In this document: positions 12,718-27,350 of the stretch, piece by piece
How positions within the stretch are numbered: position 1 is the first letter of the stretch
Layout: every line of letters starts with the position of its first letter
NCBI RefSeq assembly: GCF_006345805.1
Contig: NC_042999.1
Coordinates: forward strand, 33,232,001-33,296,000
Direction: 5' to 3'
From: Octopus sinensis
Taxonomy: Eukaryota
DNA: 64,000 nt
Made by a program: the position numbers and the translations under genes
Notes under the pieces: generated by a model
The model's database searches: none
What the model was told of the DNA's origin: nothing
The model's input: only the letters and a program-made list of their open reading frames with translations

Positions 12718-13889
12718 GTCACAGAATCTGGGAATTCTGTCTAATAAGCCTATTTCTCTGGAGGGAACTTTGATGCTTTCTTTCGTTTCATGCGAGTATG
12801 TTTATATGCATATTTTGATATATGCCTCAATGGGTATGCCATTAGTTTCGCGGGCAAATGATCTGAGACTTTTTAGAAAGATGACACTTTCTATAGTTGT
12901 TGCACATCAACAGCTACGTCGTGAGTATAATTCGACAGATGGAAACCCATCAGGTGTATTGCGTGCGTGTACTTCTAGGATATCACACCTATTGGAAAAT
13001 CGTTCAGAGCAAAGATACAATAAGCTGAGTGTTCCGTCATCAGAAAGAGATAGATAGAGATATCTTACTCATAATGTATCTCTATAGGTTACATATAACG
13101 CAGGTATATACTAAATCTGCTAAATCTCATTTGACTTTCTGTTTAACATCAGTAAAGCAAAATCCTGTACCACAAGTTTTAGCTCAATTCCAGCAGGCAG
13201 TAAACAACTAATGGTTACAAATAAAGCATCTTCTCTTGTATCCTATACATGTCTTAGTAATCACAAAATGAAACTTTTGGGATTCTACAAACGTATACCC
13301 TTCCGTCATAACTCGCAACATTTCATTTAACCACAGTTTCCACTAACTACTAGGGGTTGAATTACACATGTATCAGATTATGTAATAAAAAAAAATCATT
13401 TAAATCTATTGCAGCTGAGATGTTTGGCATTGCTGTTCTTCACAGAGAAAGGACGGTATGATCATGGCTGAAACGCTATTAATTATAGCTTTCCTTTTAA
13501 ATTAGTCCTGACTTGACTTATACGAGAACCATAATTACAGCCATCGCACTATTTACTATTGTAAACACTATTTACTATTTTCACGATTATTGAGGTAGAC
13601 GAGAGTAAATTCAGTCTAGCATGTATGAACATGCCAAACAAAATTGCCCGTGTCGTTCATGGCTTGTATGTGTTAAATTAAAAGTAAGTATTGTGGCCCG
13701 AAAAATATAGAGAAGGTTGACTGTCTGCTTCATATATGCCTCTTAATTGTCATCAGATACTGTCAAAGTAAGTACGAAGTTTGGAAAACTGCCGGATAAA
13801 ACAGCCCAGATATTCGCATTGGTTCTAATATTAAAATGTACTATTACACCATGGATCCAACTATTCTCTGGCGGTCTCTCGGTTTCAAC

Positions 13890-14110
13890 AACAAGCGTGC
13901 TCGTGAAATTAACGTGCAAGTGGTTGAGCACTCCACAGAGACACGTAAGCTTAATGCATTTCTCAGAGAGATTCAGCGAGATACTGAACGTGACAAGGCT
14001 GCGCTTTGAAAATAGAGGTACAAGTGATTTTTGCCAACTGTGGACTGGATCAATAGGAAATAAGTGTCTTAGACCAGGACACAACGCCGGGGATCGAACT
14101 AACTTCCCAC
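13890..14110 (-). mobile_element. Degenerate SINE sharing its 3' half with the SINE at 34521
   Basis: gctcgtgaaattaacgtgcaagtgg..cactccacag..gtgacaagg matches the reverse complement of 34730-34840. Confidence 0.75.
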
Positions 14111-14270
14111 CTTCCTTAAATCTAGCGAAAACTAAGCTCAATTGAGTTGTCTATTTGAGAAAATTGCAAATATACCTTACATATATATAATATACATATG
14201 TGATGTGTGGTGTGAGTGTGCGTGTATATATATATATATATCTAACTTCATATAGCACACCATATACAAC

Positions 14271-14313
<43 letters not shown>

Positions 14314-14339
14314 TATATATATATATATACATATATATG

Positions 14340-15305
<966 letters not shown>

Positions 15306-16847
15306 AGAGAGAGAGAGAGAAAGATGCATGTATGTTTGTGTGTATGTATATTGGGCGGTCAGCTAGTTTCATTTGTTCCTCTTCACTGTTAGTTGAGTTA
15401 ACATGAACAATAATTTTATGGCAATGTTTTATTGGATCTTTGCACCTATTCTTCTTGTAGAACTTTTATTTATCGACTTTTACATTTGATTAAAATTTGC
15501 ATCCATTCAGATATATAACGTTGTAGTGTTAAGTATATTTTAAAAATGGGTACTTCGATGTTTGCTACTACGCAGGTTCAAAATCTCTCAAAAGAGACTT
15601 GAAATATTCAGGCTCTGTACCGAATTGGTTTTCGTGATTCACGAAAGGGATCTATAACCTCACAAACTTCCATTGACTTTTTTCTGTTCGACGAGGATCG
15701 TTTGAACAAGCTTATTCCCGAGTATTCGCTCGCATTAATCCACTAGAAAATTGTAGAGAGAATGCTCTCGTGATAGCATTGCCCGACACATTTGTTTGTA
15801 ACGTAAGGTTTCAAAATTCATAGCACGGAAAGTAACACGTTTGGAACGAATACGACTACTTCCAGTGCTCCTCTATGACCACCAGTTGGCTTGTTCGACA
15901 CCAAGTAACTGGAGGATACTAACATAGAGTTACTTGCTGCCTCATCACCGGCGATAAAAAGAAAGACTATTTACGTCAATATAAAGCAATGAGAAGAGTG
16001 ATTTAATTCCAACAAGCAAGCAATATTCCGTGTCAAGCCAGAGATGCATCTACGCAAGCATATATTTTGAGTTTCGTGGGATTGACAAGAGAAAATCTGC
16101 AAGGCGATTGTTGAAATAAATCACAAGATAAATGTAGATCTGTATGTTCCACCGTCAAGACACGGAGAATTCTAACTTCAAATTATTGCCAATGTACATA
16201 GTCAAGTAGTTACTGATGATACATTATTCACGGATATTTTAAAAGTAATGATTAAAAATAAAGGATAAGATATATGAAAAAAATTAACTAGTTTATCTGA
16301 TACACCACTAAATAATAAATTATGTCTCCATTCTGTCCAAAAGCTAACACGGGAATGGCAATAAATAGGATCGTATCAATGAAGCGTAAAAACTTATACA
16401 GACGTTGAATCCGAACATAAGTCTAAGAGCAACTCAGTGATAAATTCTAAAATATGTTGCAAGCTCAAACGACGGAAGTTTCTATAAAACATAAATAATG
16501 AAAATTAAATGGAGAAAAAGAAATTTATCTTGATGTGTATATAAGAATTGACAGAACACACACAATAATTTATTTGGGAAACTATAAGTGACAGGTCGCA
16601 GATGCACAACAAAAATTTGATAAACTAAATATATTGAAATTCTCAAAAATATAATGTAATTGCTTTTGTCTCAATAAATTGCTGAACATGACACTTCCAT
16701 CGTGTCCTTATTGTAACTTTGACACCATCCCTGATAAAATGAGTCGACAAACAAGTGCTACTTGGAAATTATTACGTGAACTAATCAAATCAAGAATTAT
16801 TTTGATTGGTAGTGGGGAGGTGGTGTGTTTTCGAGGAAGAAGAGAGG

Positions 16848-16848
16848 A

Positions 16849-16882
<34 letters not shown>

Positions 16883-16964
16883 GTACGACGACAACGACGA
16901 CAACGACAACGACGACGATGTTGATGATGATGATGATGATGATGATGACGACGACGACGATGAT
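16848..16964. repeat. (GAC/GAT)n trinucleotide microsatellite
   Basis: Directly visible; produces the poly-Asp/Thr/Met pseudo-ORFs. Confidence 0.95.
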
Positions 16965-17068
16965 ATTACTCGTTTTCGCTGCTATGTCTCACAATACACT
17001 TATGATTAATGATTTTCCTACACGTAACAACGCTTATCTTATTACGTCCTTGTCTGCTACACATATAC

Positions 17069-17157
<89 letters not shown>

Positions 17158-17203
17158 CATATACATACATATATTATATATATATATATATACATACATA
17201 TAT

Positions 17204-17301
<98 letters not shown>

Positions 17302-17518
17302 ATATATATATATTGAAATGGATAAATGAATTATCTTGTTAAGGATTATTCAAAATTTAACCGATACCTGGGTAGCAAAATCACAACAGAAAAAACACGG
17401 TTGAAGTTACGACCTTGGGGTGTCGCAACCGTGCCTTAGCGCGGATAATTGAAGTTTAATATATTTAGTGAAGGGAAGAAATGGAGCTGAACGAAGATTC
17501 TACAGAATTCCTTTTATT

Positions 17519-17604
17519 ATTTTCTACACATGTTTCAAAGGCCGCAAATTTCCAAATTCGGATTGAATAAGGAGACCATTTTGCAGCATTCTCTTCAGGA
17601 AAAT
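17519..17604 (-). ncRNA. Type I hammerhead ribozyme motif, intact core
   Basis: Minus strand: ATTTTC-CTGAAGA-GAATGCTGCAAA..TTTGCGGCCTTT-GAAAC ATGT GTA-GAAAAT. 6-bp stem I and extended stem II. Confidence 0.75.
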
Positions 17605-18082
17605 CCAGGAATTTAAAAATCCAAAACAAATGCGCAGCAAGGTATTCGAACAAAACGCTCCTTAGGAGCCCATGAAAAAGCACAAAACTGTCTCTCAATG
17701 TGCGTTGACGTCAGGGGGGGGGGAGGCCGACGAAAAAGTCCGTTGGAATAAATCAAGGTCAGACTGCGGTCAAATCTGGTAGTGGAAGAAATACTGAAAA
17801 CCAAAGGGTGTGAATATATTCTGTATAACTAATGTTAATTTTCGGATTGTTTTAAGACTTAAGGCTATCTTATATAGGTGTGGGACCCTACCTACATGTA
17901 TGTGTGTGCGCGCCTGTGTATGTGTGGGAGTCAGTCAGGCAGCGGCTAGAGGGAAAGAGAACTGCTGATGTTGTTGCGTCAACGCACATTGAGAGACAGT
18001 TTTGTGCTTTTTCATGGGCTCCTAAGGAGCGTTTTGTTCGAATACCTCGCTGCGCATTTGTTTTGGAATTTTAAATTCCTGG

Positions 18083-18168
18083 ATTTTCCTTAAGAGAATG
18101 CTGCAAAATGGTCTCCTTATTCAATCCGAATTTGGAAATTTGCGGCCTTTGAAACATATGTAGAAAAT
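18083..18168 (+). ncRNA. Type I hammerhead motif with core mutation (CUUAAGA), probably inactive
   Basis: Mirror copy of 17519-17604 with G5 changed to U. Confidence 0.6.
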
Positions 18169-18219
18169 AATAAAAGGAGTTCTGTAGAATCTTCGTTCAG
18201 CTCCATTTCTTCCCTTCAC

Positions 18220-18278
<59 letters not shown>

Positions 18279-18286
18279 ATATACAT

Positions 18287-18365
<79 letters not shown>

Positions 18366-19918
18366 TATATAATATATATATATATATATAATATATATAT
18401 ATATATTATATATATATATATATACATATAATCTTGTTCAATGAATTCCCATTGATAACATGATGGAGAGTGATTTTGGTAAATATTCTTCTCTTATTTT
18501 TTCCATTATGTGACAGGTCTTTATTTCTTCATGAATTCTTGTCTTCTGTGTGTTGTTTGTTCAATGTACTACCATTGTTAATATGATCGTGAGAGGTTCT
18601 GGCGTAGATTTGTCTCTTATTCGCAGCATTTCTTCCCACTGTTCTGAGTTCAAATTCCACAGATGTTTTAGTTGTTGTTGTTGTTGTTGTTGTTATTGTT
18701 GTTGCTGTTGACCAAATGTTCAACCCAATTGCACAGATCTGTGATCGAAATCGGTTTAGCAATGAAATCAGATTGTTATTGATAACATGTCTATAGGACT
18801 GCATTGTTCAAGTTAAAATTTCAATTATTGACAGTATAGATGCGAGGGGGGGGGGTTCCATTTGTCAACCCTCGCTCACTGGCTATTGTTGCCATTAGTG
18901 CTGAACAAGACGGTGATGATGATGATGATGACGATCATGTTTATGATCATGACGACGACCACGATGACGAAAATGAAAACGATGATGATGATTTTTACGT
19001 TTGAGACGATGATGATTAATTTAGCATTAGGTTTGGTAGTTGTGACGGCGCTTAATTTGATGTATATCAGCATATCTTCAATTCAATTATAAATTAAATA
19101 TATAGCAGAGGTATCATTCAATATTTCTCTCTTCTCAATTTTCTTCGAGCGGTAGTAATTACGCTTTACGCTTAACGCTAAATTATTCATTTAATATTAT
19201 TGCTAGGTATCGTTATTTCTTATTAGAACTTCTGCAAGAGATATGCAAATTATGCTGAATAGAAATCTTATGAGATTCTTTCGATGCGTAGCTTCAAACT
19301 AGGAAATATGTCTAGTCTTTAAATTTAAATAGATTTGGCTGATTACTAATATAATTTCATTTGAAAGAAAATGGCGCTATTTAAATGCTGCTAAGTTTGA
19401 GCTTTGAATTGTTAATACGTTAGAAATCGCAATGTGTGTTATAATTTCGTCTGAGGTTATTTATAATGAGTACCTGACATTTTCTATATACTATTTTCCG
19501 TCTGTATGCATTAATAAACTCATTTAAACTTGTTTCGTGAATTTGTAGGAGCGTAATTAGATTTATGGTGAGAATGTTTCTTTTGTCAATAGAAACAGTA
19601 TCTGTAGTTTTATATATCTAACAGCCAGACAATCCGACTATAGATTTTCGTTTTCTTACTAGCTGAAGCCGCATGACAGACGTCATTCTTCTAATGTTCT
19701 ACAAAAGCACATTAAGCACATCAATCTTTCAAAGATTTTCAAAAGCACATTGAAATAAAAGTTGATATTTTAAGTAAGTGTTATGTACTGATAAATTTAA
19801 TTATAGTATGAAAGAGGCATGGTGATAATATTCGATAATAAATTATTGGTATACCGATAATGAGAATGGAACGGGTATGATATAGGAAAATGTAATGCAT
19901 ATAATGGTGGCAGTGAAC

Positions 19919-19919
<1 letters not shown>

Positions 19920-19969
<50 letters not shown>

Positions 19970-20076
19970 CAGCTGGTAGTGATGATGATGATGATGGTGA
20001 TGATGATAATGATGATGATGATGATAGTGTTGGTGGTGGTGATGGTGGTGGTAGTGGTGGTGGTAGTAGTGGTGGT
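19920..20076. repeat. (GAT)n/(GGT)n trinucleotide microsatellite
   Basis: Directly visible. Confidence 0.95.
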
Positions 20077-20824
20077 GAAAACGATGAGCACAGCACTGAA
20101 GTTTGTCTTAAGCGTTAATATTAAAAGAAATGAAACGGATATGTTCATGTGTTCATAACCGCATTGGCAGTTTGAATAAAGGTGACGCGTTGGAAGAATG
20201 ACTGTAGCATCGAAGAAATGCTTAATGGCATTTGTTCTGGATCTTCGTGTTCTGATTTCAAATCCAACAAATGTAAACTTTTGCTTTCATTATATAGTGA
20301 ATCTATAAAAGAATGTACCTCTCAAGTACAAACTTTAATGCAATCGAGAAATCTCCATTTAATTTTATGCGCTCTGCGCGTACTATAAACAAAAGTCACC
20401 TTGAGCAAAATGATTCCCCTTTGATCAGAAATAGATAACATATATTCTCATCGCTAGCTAGTTTCTTCTTCTGAAACAAAAGAAACAGAATTCACTATCT
20501 CTCTTCAAAGCAGCTTTGTAGAGATTTTTAAAAGTTCATAGCTAAGAAAAACATTATGCATATTTAGAGAAATGTTATTGGCTATTTTAGATTGTGATTG
20601 CACTTTTAAATAACACGAGAAGTCTCATATCTACGAAATATTTTTCTATTCCAATTTATTTTCTGCTGTAATTTTTTCATCGATAACATTTTAGTGCTTA
20701 TATCTAAAATATAAACATGTTACATGTACTCTGAAAATGTAACATGATACATTTTGGCAAGCTGAAAATCGCCTATCTAATGCATCTGTATATGCAAGTT
20801 GTTCATATGTATATGCAAGTTGTT

Positions 20825-20966
20825 CATATAAGCAACGAGGAATATATCAACGTAAAATGAAGAGCTTGCTCAAGGTCCAAGTGTGTCAAAAGTTTTCGAG
20901 CTACAGGTTATTTGCCCTAAACCTTCTAAAATATACATGGACGTAATGTACTTGCTTTCAATTAAA
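20825..20966 (+). repeat. 142-bp exact direct repeat, copy 1 (copy 2 at 26308-26449)
   Basis: catataagcaacgagg...ctttcaattaaa is identical base for base at both sites. Confidence 0.92.
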
Positions 20967-22955
20967 GATTATTTCTGAACAAATTTCTCTTATACTTTTA
21001 TCATTGAAATATTTCCAGCATATTATTCTCTAATGGAATAACGCTGTACAGGTGTTTATTACAGTATATATTTCTACGTAATTAATTTCCATGAGAAAAA
21101 TATTCAAAAGATTATACTTATTTTGTTGTTCCTGTTATTCACAAACAAATCGATACGTAAGTAGATTAGAACTTCCGATAACAAATACTTAAAAAATAAT
21201 AATTTGGAGCAAAATTATTTTGTTAGTCAGAAGCCTACTCAAACAATAGAACAAGTAAGAACAATTGTGCCACAGCCCTTATTATTGACGTTCTGTTAAC
21301 CATATAACTGTGAATACAATTATTGATGGAGTTTTTTCTCTCAGTCGGTCTATCTATCTCTCTGTATCTTTGCTTCTCCCTCTCTCCCGTTCTATCCCGC
21401 TCTTACAGTCAGTAGAAATCCGGTGTTAAAGTTTTTATCAACATCGTTACAGAGAGATAAAAAAAAACTCATTTAGAAGAGTACGCTTGCTATCTTTCTC
21501 TATATGGATATAAATTATATCAAGGCACTCTTTACGCGGGAGATATAACTCACAACTATTATTTAAAAAAAACACACACGCTATTTTGAAGATATTGCAG
21601 TCAGGAAATATTGCAACGTTGATAAAAACAGTACTGAAACCCACTACCTTATTTTACGACTCATTCTTCTACTTGTCGTATTGAGCCACTTTCGACGCAA
21701 CACAGGTATTTTCTGACGGTTATAGTGAAAACCACGTTTTGGGGATACAAGTATTCCTATAGCCGTTTCTAGGTGTACAAACATAGACACCACAAGCCGC
21801 AAACAATATGCTTCGTCTAGGATGAAGTGATAAAACATTTTTAAATATTAGGGGACAATTCAGCCCAGCCATGCAACTTCTCTAGTGAAAATAACACGAT
21901 AAATATCCCGCCGAAAATCACTTTAGCCAAAGTTGTAGAGTACGTTTCCATAAAACGACTAGCTTGTTGTCCGACGAAAGAGAAAAAAATATCACCAATA
22001 TATGATATACAAATCAATGAAAATATGATACACCAAGCCCTACTGTTATAACGCACGGAGTGAAGTGGGAAGAGTTGTTTTTTAATCTAGTTTGTCAGCA
22101 TTAACTTTACAAAATCTTTCACCTATTTCATGACTTATAAGGAAGGCTAACATGCGAGCCATACTCAGAAAAAACCGTCAGTGTGAATTTTGTTTACCTT
22201 GTTAAAACTGTAAAATTGTCCACATAAATTAATGATTAGGGTTACAAAAAGCAAGGCATCCTCGAGAAGGAAATTATAGAAGCCAAAATGTCTCTACTTT
22301 AGATGTTGCCTCAAGAAGTTCTAGCTGACGGATGCATTGAGGTGGATAGGAGAGAGGCACATAACTTACAAGTAAACACGGAATTTATATGAAACATCTT
22401 GTTGCAATACCAAATTCATACATGGGAAAAGTTTACAGTCACATGTAATGTGACATAGTGGAGGAACAGGGCAATAGATATATCCATACGGACTAGGCGA
22501 AACTATATCGAAAATTCGTAATTAATTATCAGTATTACGTAGAAAAATTAAATGCTAGAAATTCCTGCCAGATTTGCATAATGAATCGACTACTAAAGGC
22601 CAACGTCATACCAAATTACTAACGATGATGTCAATTGAAGCAAAGATGTTCCAGAAAAAAAAAAGCGCGTACATGAACAGAAAATTAAGGAATAAATATA
22701 TAAGTATGATAATGAAATCTTTGCACAATTGATTAGAAAGTAAGATGGCATGAACTTAACCTCACTGCCAGTGTGAAGTACTTCCAAAGGATTCCTCGTA
22801 ATGAGTCAAGAAGTAAAATTTTCTAGGACATAAGAAAGTCACAAACCTATAAAATCGTAAAAGTTTTAGTAGATATCATATTGTGTATCATAGACGTCAC
22901 AGAGGAATTAGAAATAAAGAAGTGGCAATTGTGTATTGTACACGCTATATATTAA

Positions 22956-23185
22956 GGCGGCGAGCTGGCAGAAACGTTAGCGCGCCGGGCGAAATGCGTA
23001 GCCGTATTTCGTCTGCCGTTACGTTCTGAGTTCAAATTCCGCCGAGGTCGACTTTGCCTTTCATCCTTTCGGTGTCGATAAGTTAAGTACCAGTAACGCA
23101 CTGGAGTCGATGTAATCGACTTAATCAGTTCGTCTGGCCTTGTTTGTCCCCTCTGTGTGTAGCCTCTTGTGGGCAATAAAGAAAT
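22956..23185 (+). mobile_element. Full-length tRNA-derived SINE (octopus OK/OR-like family 1)
   Basis: ggcggcgagctggcagaaacgttagc head, B-box-like gttctgagttcaaattcc, ggcaataaagaaata tail; same family at 30497-30918, 33225-33423 and 62763-62930. Confidence 0.88.
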
Positions 23186-24314
23186 ATATATATAAGCATG
23201 CCATTAACTATCTAAATGTTAGAAAAGTGATCTTCGAGAAATTACATTAATTCATCGAGGGTCAGCTCTCGGATCTTCCCTGAATATATTAATTATTCCA
23301 ACCACACCCGAATAGTTGCCCTGAGAGATATCTGGCTTACTAATAAGTTAGTTGTTAGAGGTGGTCAGGTGATGTACAAATAAAAATAATTTGAAACATT
23401 AAAAACATTTGAAATGAGAAACTTCAAAGTAATACTGGTGAAAACTTATGTTTTCACTGCTGGGAAGTACTATATATCTTTATTGCAATGAAAGGACTCA
23501 GCAACTTAAATGCCGATAAGCATATAAAGGAATTTCTGATGATATACTCAGTATAATATCAAGTATATATAACTAGCCCTGTCTTATCACTGGCGTGTTT
23601 GTGAAATACGGAAATACCATAGGTTACCAATATACAGGTCATCTGTTAGAAAGTGCAGCCATGAAGATAATCATTTCAAAGATTTTGAATGTATCTTCAA
23701 AGTAGTTCATAGCTACGTTACCCAGCTGATCTTAGCATGTCTCGTAGACCTTCCTATAACAGTGTAACGAGTGTAAGTTTAGTGAGGATTTTATTTCTCC
23801 TGATAACAAAATCTCTCGAAAAATTGAAGACAGATGCTTTTGAGCATGGTTTAATGCTTTTCTGTTGTAAAATATGTGAATCAAATACAATGAAAGTTAT
23901 TAAGTGATCAGTAATGGAATGGAAAACCGTCGCAGAATACGTGTCAGGTTACTTCCGATCAAAATAAAAGAACCCATTAGCGATGTACAAAGTATGGAGA
24001 AATGTTTTGAAGGGTCGTCGAAAGTTATGAAAGAAACAGCAACAAATGACAAAATCTGTGTTCAGATTTCGTCGCACACATGAAAATATCTATAAACGGA
24101 GGTAAAATTGATCATGATGATGGTGATGTTGAGCATTATAATCATGATGATGATGATGATGATAGTGGACGACGACGATAAGCAATTTGTTCTCCAATTC
24201 AATTCCAAGCTAGAACCCACATAGCCCTAAACACATGCGCACCTCACTACACAAGGAGTAGGATAGATATCAGAATCTTCCTAATGATAAGACTGTTTTC
24301 TAACATACACACTG

Positions 24315-24700
24315 ATATTTTGCAAACACCTCGCACAAGCAAGTTCTACCAGTCGAGAGTTCCGCATACCGGAAGCCAGCAAGTAAATGGGGTCATCAGG
24401 AGAGAATGCGTGCCGTTTCGAGGCCTACCTCTTGACGGTATCAATGCGCACCACCCCTCACCCACCACTGATATGAGGCCCTGCTTGCTAGACCAACTGG
24501 TTATCAAATAAAGTTGAATATACTTCTAGCCATCGCTCACCGTCTCTTTTTAACCAAATACAGTGACTGGTATTTTCCACTGTAGTTTGGATATTGATCG
24601 TAGTGATATTTATTTTACGATGAGTTAGGCCTGACAATAACAAAAGTCGCCTCACACTGTGTCCAAAAATTTTCAATTCTACATTTTTACCTGCAGATGA
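24315..24700 (-). mobile_element. 3' end of an RLE-type (HERO/R2-group) LINE, degenerate
   Basis: Reverse-complement homolog of 26950-27350; translates to VRRLLLLSGLTHRK...SHCIWLKRDGERW. Confidence 0.65.
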
Positions 24701-26307
24701 AGAGACTGAAATCTCTTCTTTCTTCATCACGAACAACATGCAGCATAGAAGTCTTAAAGTCGTTACAAATGCTTGGCCGATTCACTAATGAGGATTTGTA
24801 ATAGCAAAACCTCATAACTTTACATATACTGGATCACATTACTTGGCCATGTGATTCAGGGTTAGAAAAGTACTCCATTGCTCAACAGCTACAAATAAAA
24901 TATAGAACTGTATTAGGTGCAAATCATTTTACAAATTTCGAACACGAAGTAGTGTTTTCGATTGGATGAATTTTAATTCTTACTATATATACCTTAATTC
25001 TTATCCTCTCTCAAATATTCAATCAGCTGTTATAATACTCCTGAATGCACACTACATTCGTGTTCTCGTGAGTCATCATCTCATGTTTTCTTTGTAGACG
25101 TAGCACTAAACAGAATATTTACTTATCGCCCTCGGTCCTCTCTAATCTGTCATTCCCTCTTTCCCGATGTTTCTTTTACTACATTTACCAAATTTCAACA
25201 ATGAAAGACCATCAAATGTCTTTGATAGTTGCGATGGCGGATGATCATCCATGACCATGCAAACACTCATTTTGTGGAGATAAATTATGGCCACACTCCC
25301 TCCAGTTGAAAACGAAAAGAATCAGAAACGTCCCGTGAACCAATAGGCCTTTCTCTTTGACTTTATCTGAATGGCAGTAGAAGCAAATCTCCTGGATTAT
25401 AAATAGTTTATTGTCAGGATTATTACAGTAAATATTTATTCTAGGAAAACAATTGCTCTGTACTAGAGGGAAACTTTTATTCCAATAATGTATTCGTTAG
25501 ATATTTTAAGGGTTAAAATATTATCACTAGGTAATTACTATCTACACTCAGGGAACATTTTTTCCTAAAGATTAGTAGGAATGCTTATTGATTTATGCAA
25601 TTATCTTAATATAAATTTTATAACGTTCATGTAAACATAGACGGGATTTATTGTGCTATGTCTTATATAAATATCTTTACTGAGACTATAGAAAATCTTC
25701 TGTCCCTCAATTCTTTATTGGAGACGTTGTCTGGATACAACTGTGTTGATGTTTTTCACTCTCTAATTACAGGAACACATAGTCTTTATCAGGCATCATT
25801 ATTCAACACATACATATGAAATTACTGACAACATAATCAAAGATCTTAAACGAAGGATATAATGGCATGCATGTGTGTTTGTGTATCTGTGTGTGTTTGT
25901 GTATGCGTGCTTGTGTGTGTAGGTGTGCGCTGCATATGTGACACTGATGTTTCTAATGCACATAGAGGAAATCAGTTTCCACATCTCGGGAAATTTCGTT
26001 TTGTGTTATCACCAGATTGCAGTTTGGCGATCCACAAAGGTATCCACGTCTGATTCTCAGCTTCCATATGAAGGAATAATTCTATGTGTCTGTTTCTTGT
26101 TTTCATTTACTTTTTCAGAATATATTCAATGTGGGTTGCGTTGGTTATTTCATGGGATTGTAACTCTTCGTCGTTTGTTTATTACTGTCATAAGGCACGT
26201 TTGTGAATAGTTTTCAGAGCAAATGCAATCGCGTGGAGACGCCTAAGAGAAATATCTAGGATAGGCGAGGTGAAGGGGAAGAGAGTCGCACCATCATCCA
26301 TTTAGAC

Positions 26308-26449
26308 CATATAAGCAACGAGGAATATATCAACGTAAAATGAAGAGCTTGCTCAAGGTCCAAGTGTGTCAAAAGTTTTCGAGCTACAGGTTATTTGCCC
26401 TAAACCTTCTAAAATATACATGGACGTAATGTACTTGCTTTCAATTAAA
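26308..26449 (+). repeat. 142-bp exact direct repeat, copy 2
   Basis: Identical to 20825-20966. Confidence 0.92.
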
Positions 26450-26549
26450 AAAGAATTCTTATGTATAGGTTTGCGTGAGGATGTTGACAGAAGTATTCTA
26501 CCGCTATGCAAATAAGATATCTAATGAAGGAAGCTCACATCTCAAGCAT

Positions 26550-26810
26550 GGTTGCTTATGGAAGACCAACACACATCCATGCTTACAAGAATCCCCTCTC
26601 CGTGCATCGACGTTATCCAAGTGAAAGGCAAAGGCCGAAACAGCTTGGCACCAGTGATGTCGCAACTCATTTCTACATCTGTGTGAACATGAGCAACGTG
26701 AAATAAGGTGTCTTGCTCAAGAACACAACACACAGCCCGGTTCTGGAATCGAACTCATAACCTCATGTTTGTGACCTCGACGCTCTAACCGCTGTTTCAT
26801 GCACCGCATT
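26550..26810 (-). mobile_element. Degenerate tRNA-derived SINE
   Basis: gtgtcttgctcaagaacacaacac...ggaatcgaactcataacc...ctctaacc is the reverse of a tRNA-like head plus central domain. Confidence 0.7.
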
Positions 26811-26949
26811 AAATTTTCATTATAGTATCAATTATCTGTGATTCTACGATGATTGGCCGTTTTAAATTATAAAACTGCAAAGTTAAATTTTGAGCATCGA
26901 GTACAATGTAATATAGATCGAGGTAAGAATTTGTCAAATTTTGATCTTT

Positions 26950-27350
26950 ATGAAAATTGTCTATTATGAAAATTCCAATCGAAGTCGGATGTAGAGGGTT
27001 CGTTGGACAGAATGTGAGACGACTGTTGCTATCGCTCGGCGTAACTCATCGTAAAGTCAATACCACCATGACCGATAACCAATCTACAGTGGAGAAGGCT
27101 AGCCACTGGATTTGGTTAAAAAGAGACGATGAGCGATGGCTAAAAGGATATTAAGCTTTATTTGATAACCAGATGATCTAGCAAGCGGGGCCTCATATCA
27201 GTGATGGGGGCCGGTGCACATTGATGCAGTCGAGAGGTAGGCCCCGAAACGGCGCGCATTCTCTCCTGATGACCCCATACACTTGCTGGCTTCCGGTATG
27301 CGGAACTTTTTGACTTGTAGCACTTGCCTGTGCAAGGTGTTTGCAAGACA
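26950..27350 (+). mobile_element. 3' end of an RLE-type (HERO/R2-group) LINE with 3' UTR
   Basis: IPIEVGCRGFVGQ..RRLLLSLG..VEKASHWIWLKRD..W matches my recollection of the PVEVGCRGF..S.WLW.KR C-terminus of HERO-type elements. Confidence 0.72.

Larger units (their letters stand above)
17314..18228. mobile_element. Asymmetric inverted-repeat element (family B): ~145-bp leader, 252-bp arms, 266-bp spacer, flanked by (TA)n
   Basis: 17459-17710 versus 17977-18228 reverse complement, about 5 mismatches counted by eye. Confidence 0.9.

Noticed and set aside
12608-13057. 149-aa ORF
   Set aside because: It spans a (TA)n tract and has no recognisable domain.
13743-14145. Overlapping 132-aa ORFs on both strands
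   Set aside because: They largely overlap a degenerate SINE and have no protein motifs.
16806-17265. Poly-Asp, poly-Thr and poly-Met ORFs
   Set aside because: Trinucleotide microsatellite with no flanking domain or splice evidence; the same applies at 18862-19092 and 19797-20158.
21851-22053. Open frame GDNSAQPCNF...HQALLL* after a possible acceptor
   Set aside because: Weak polypyrimidine tract, no homology recognised and no partner exons; needs RNA-seq.
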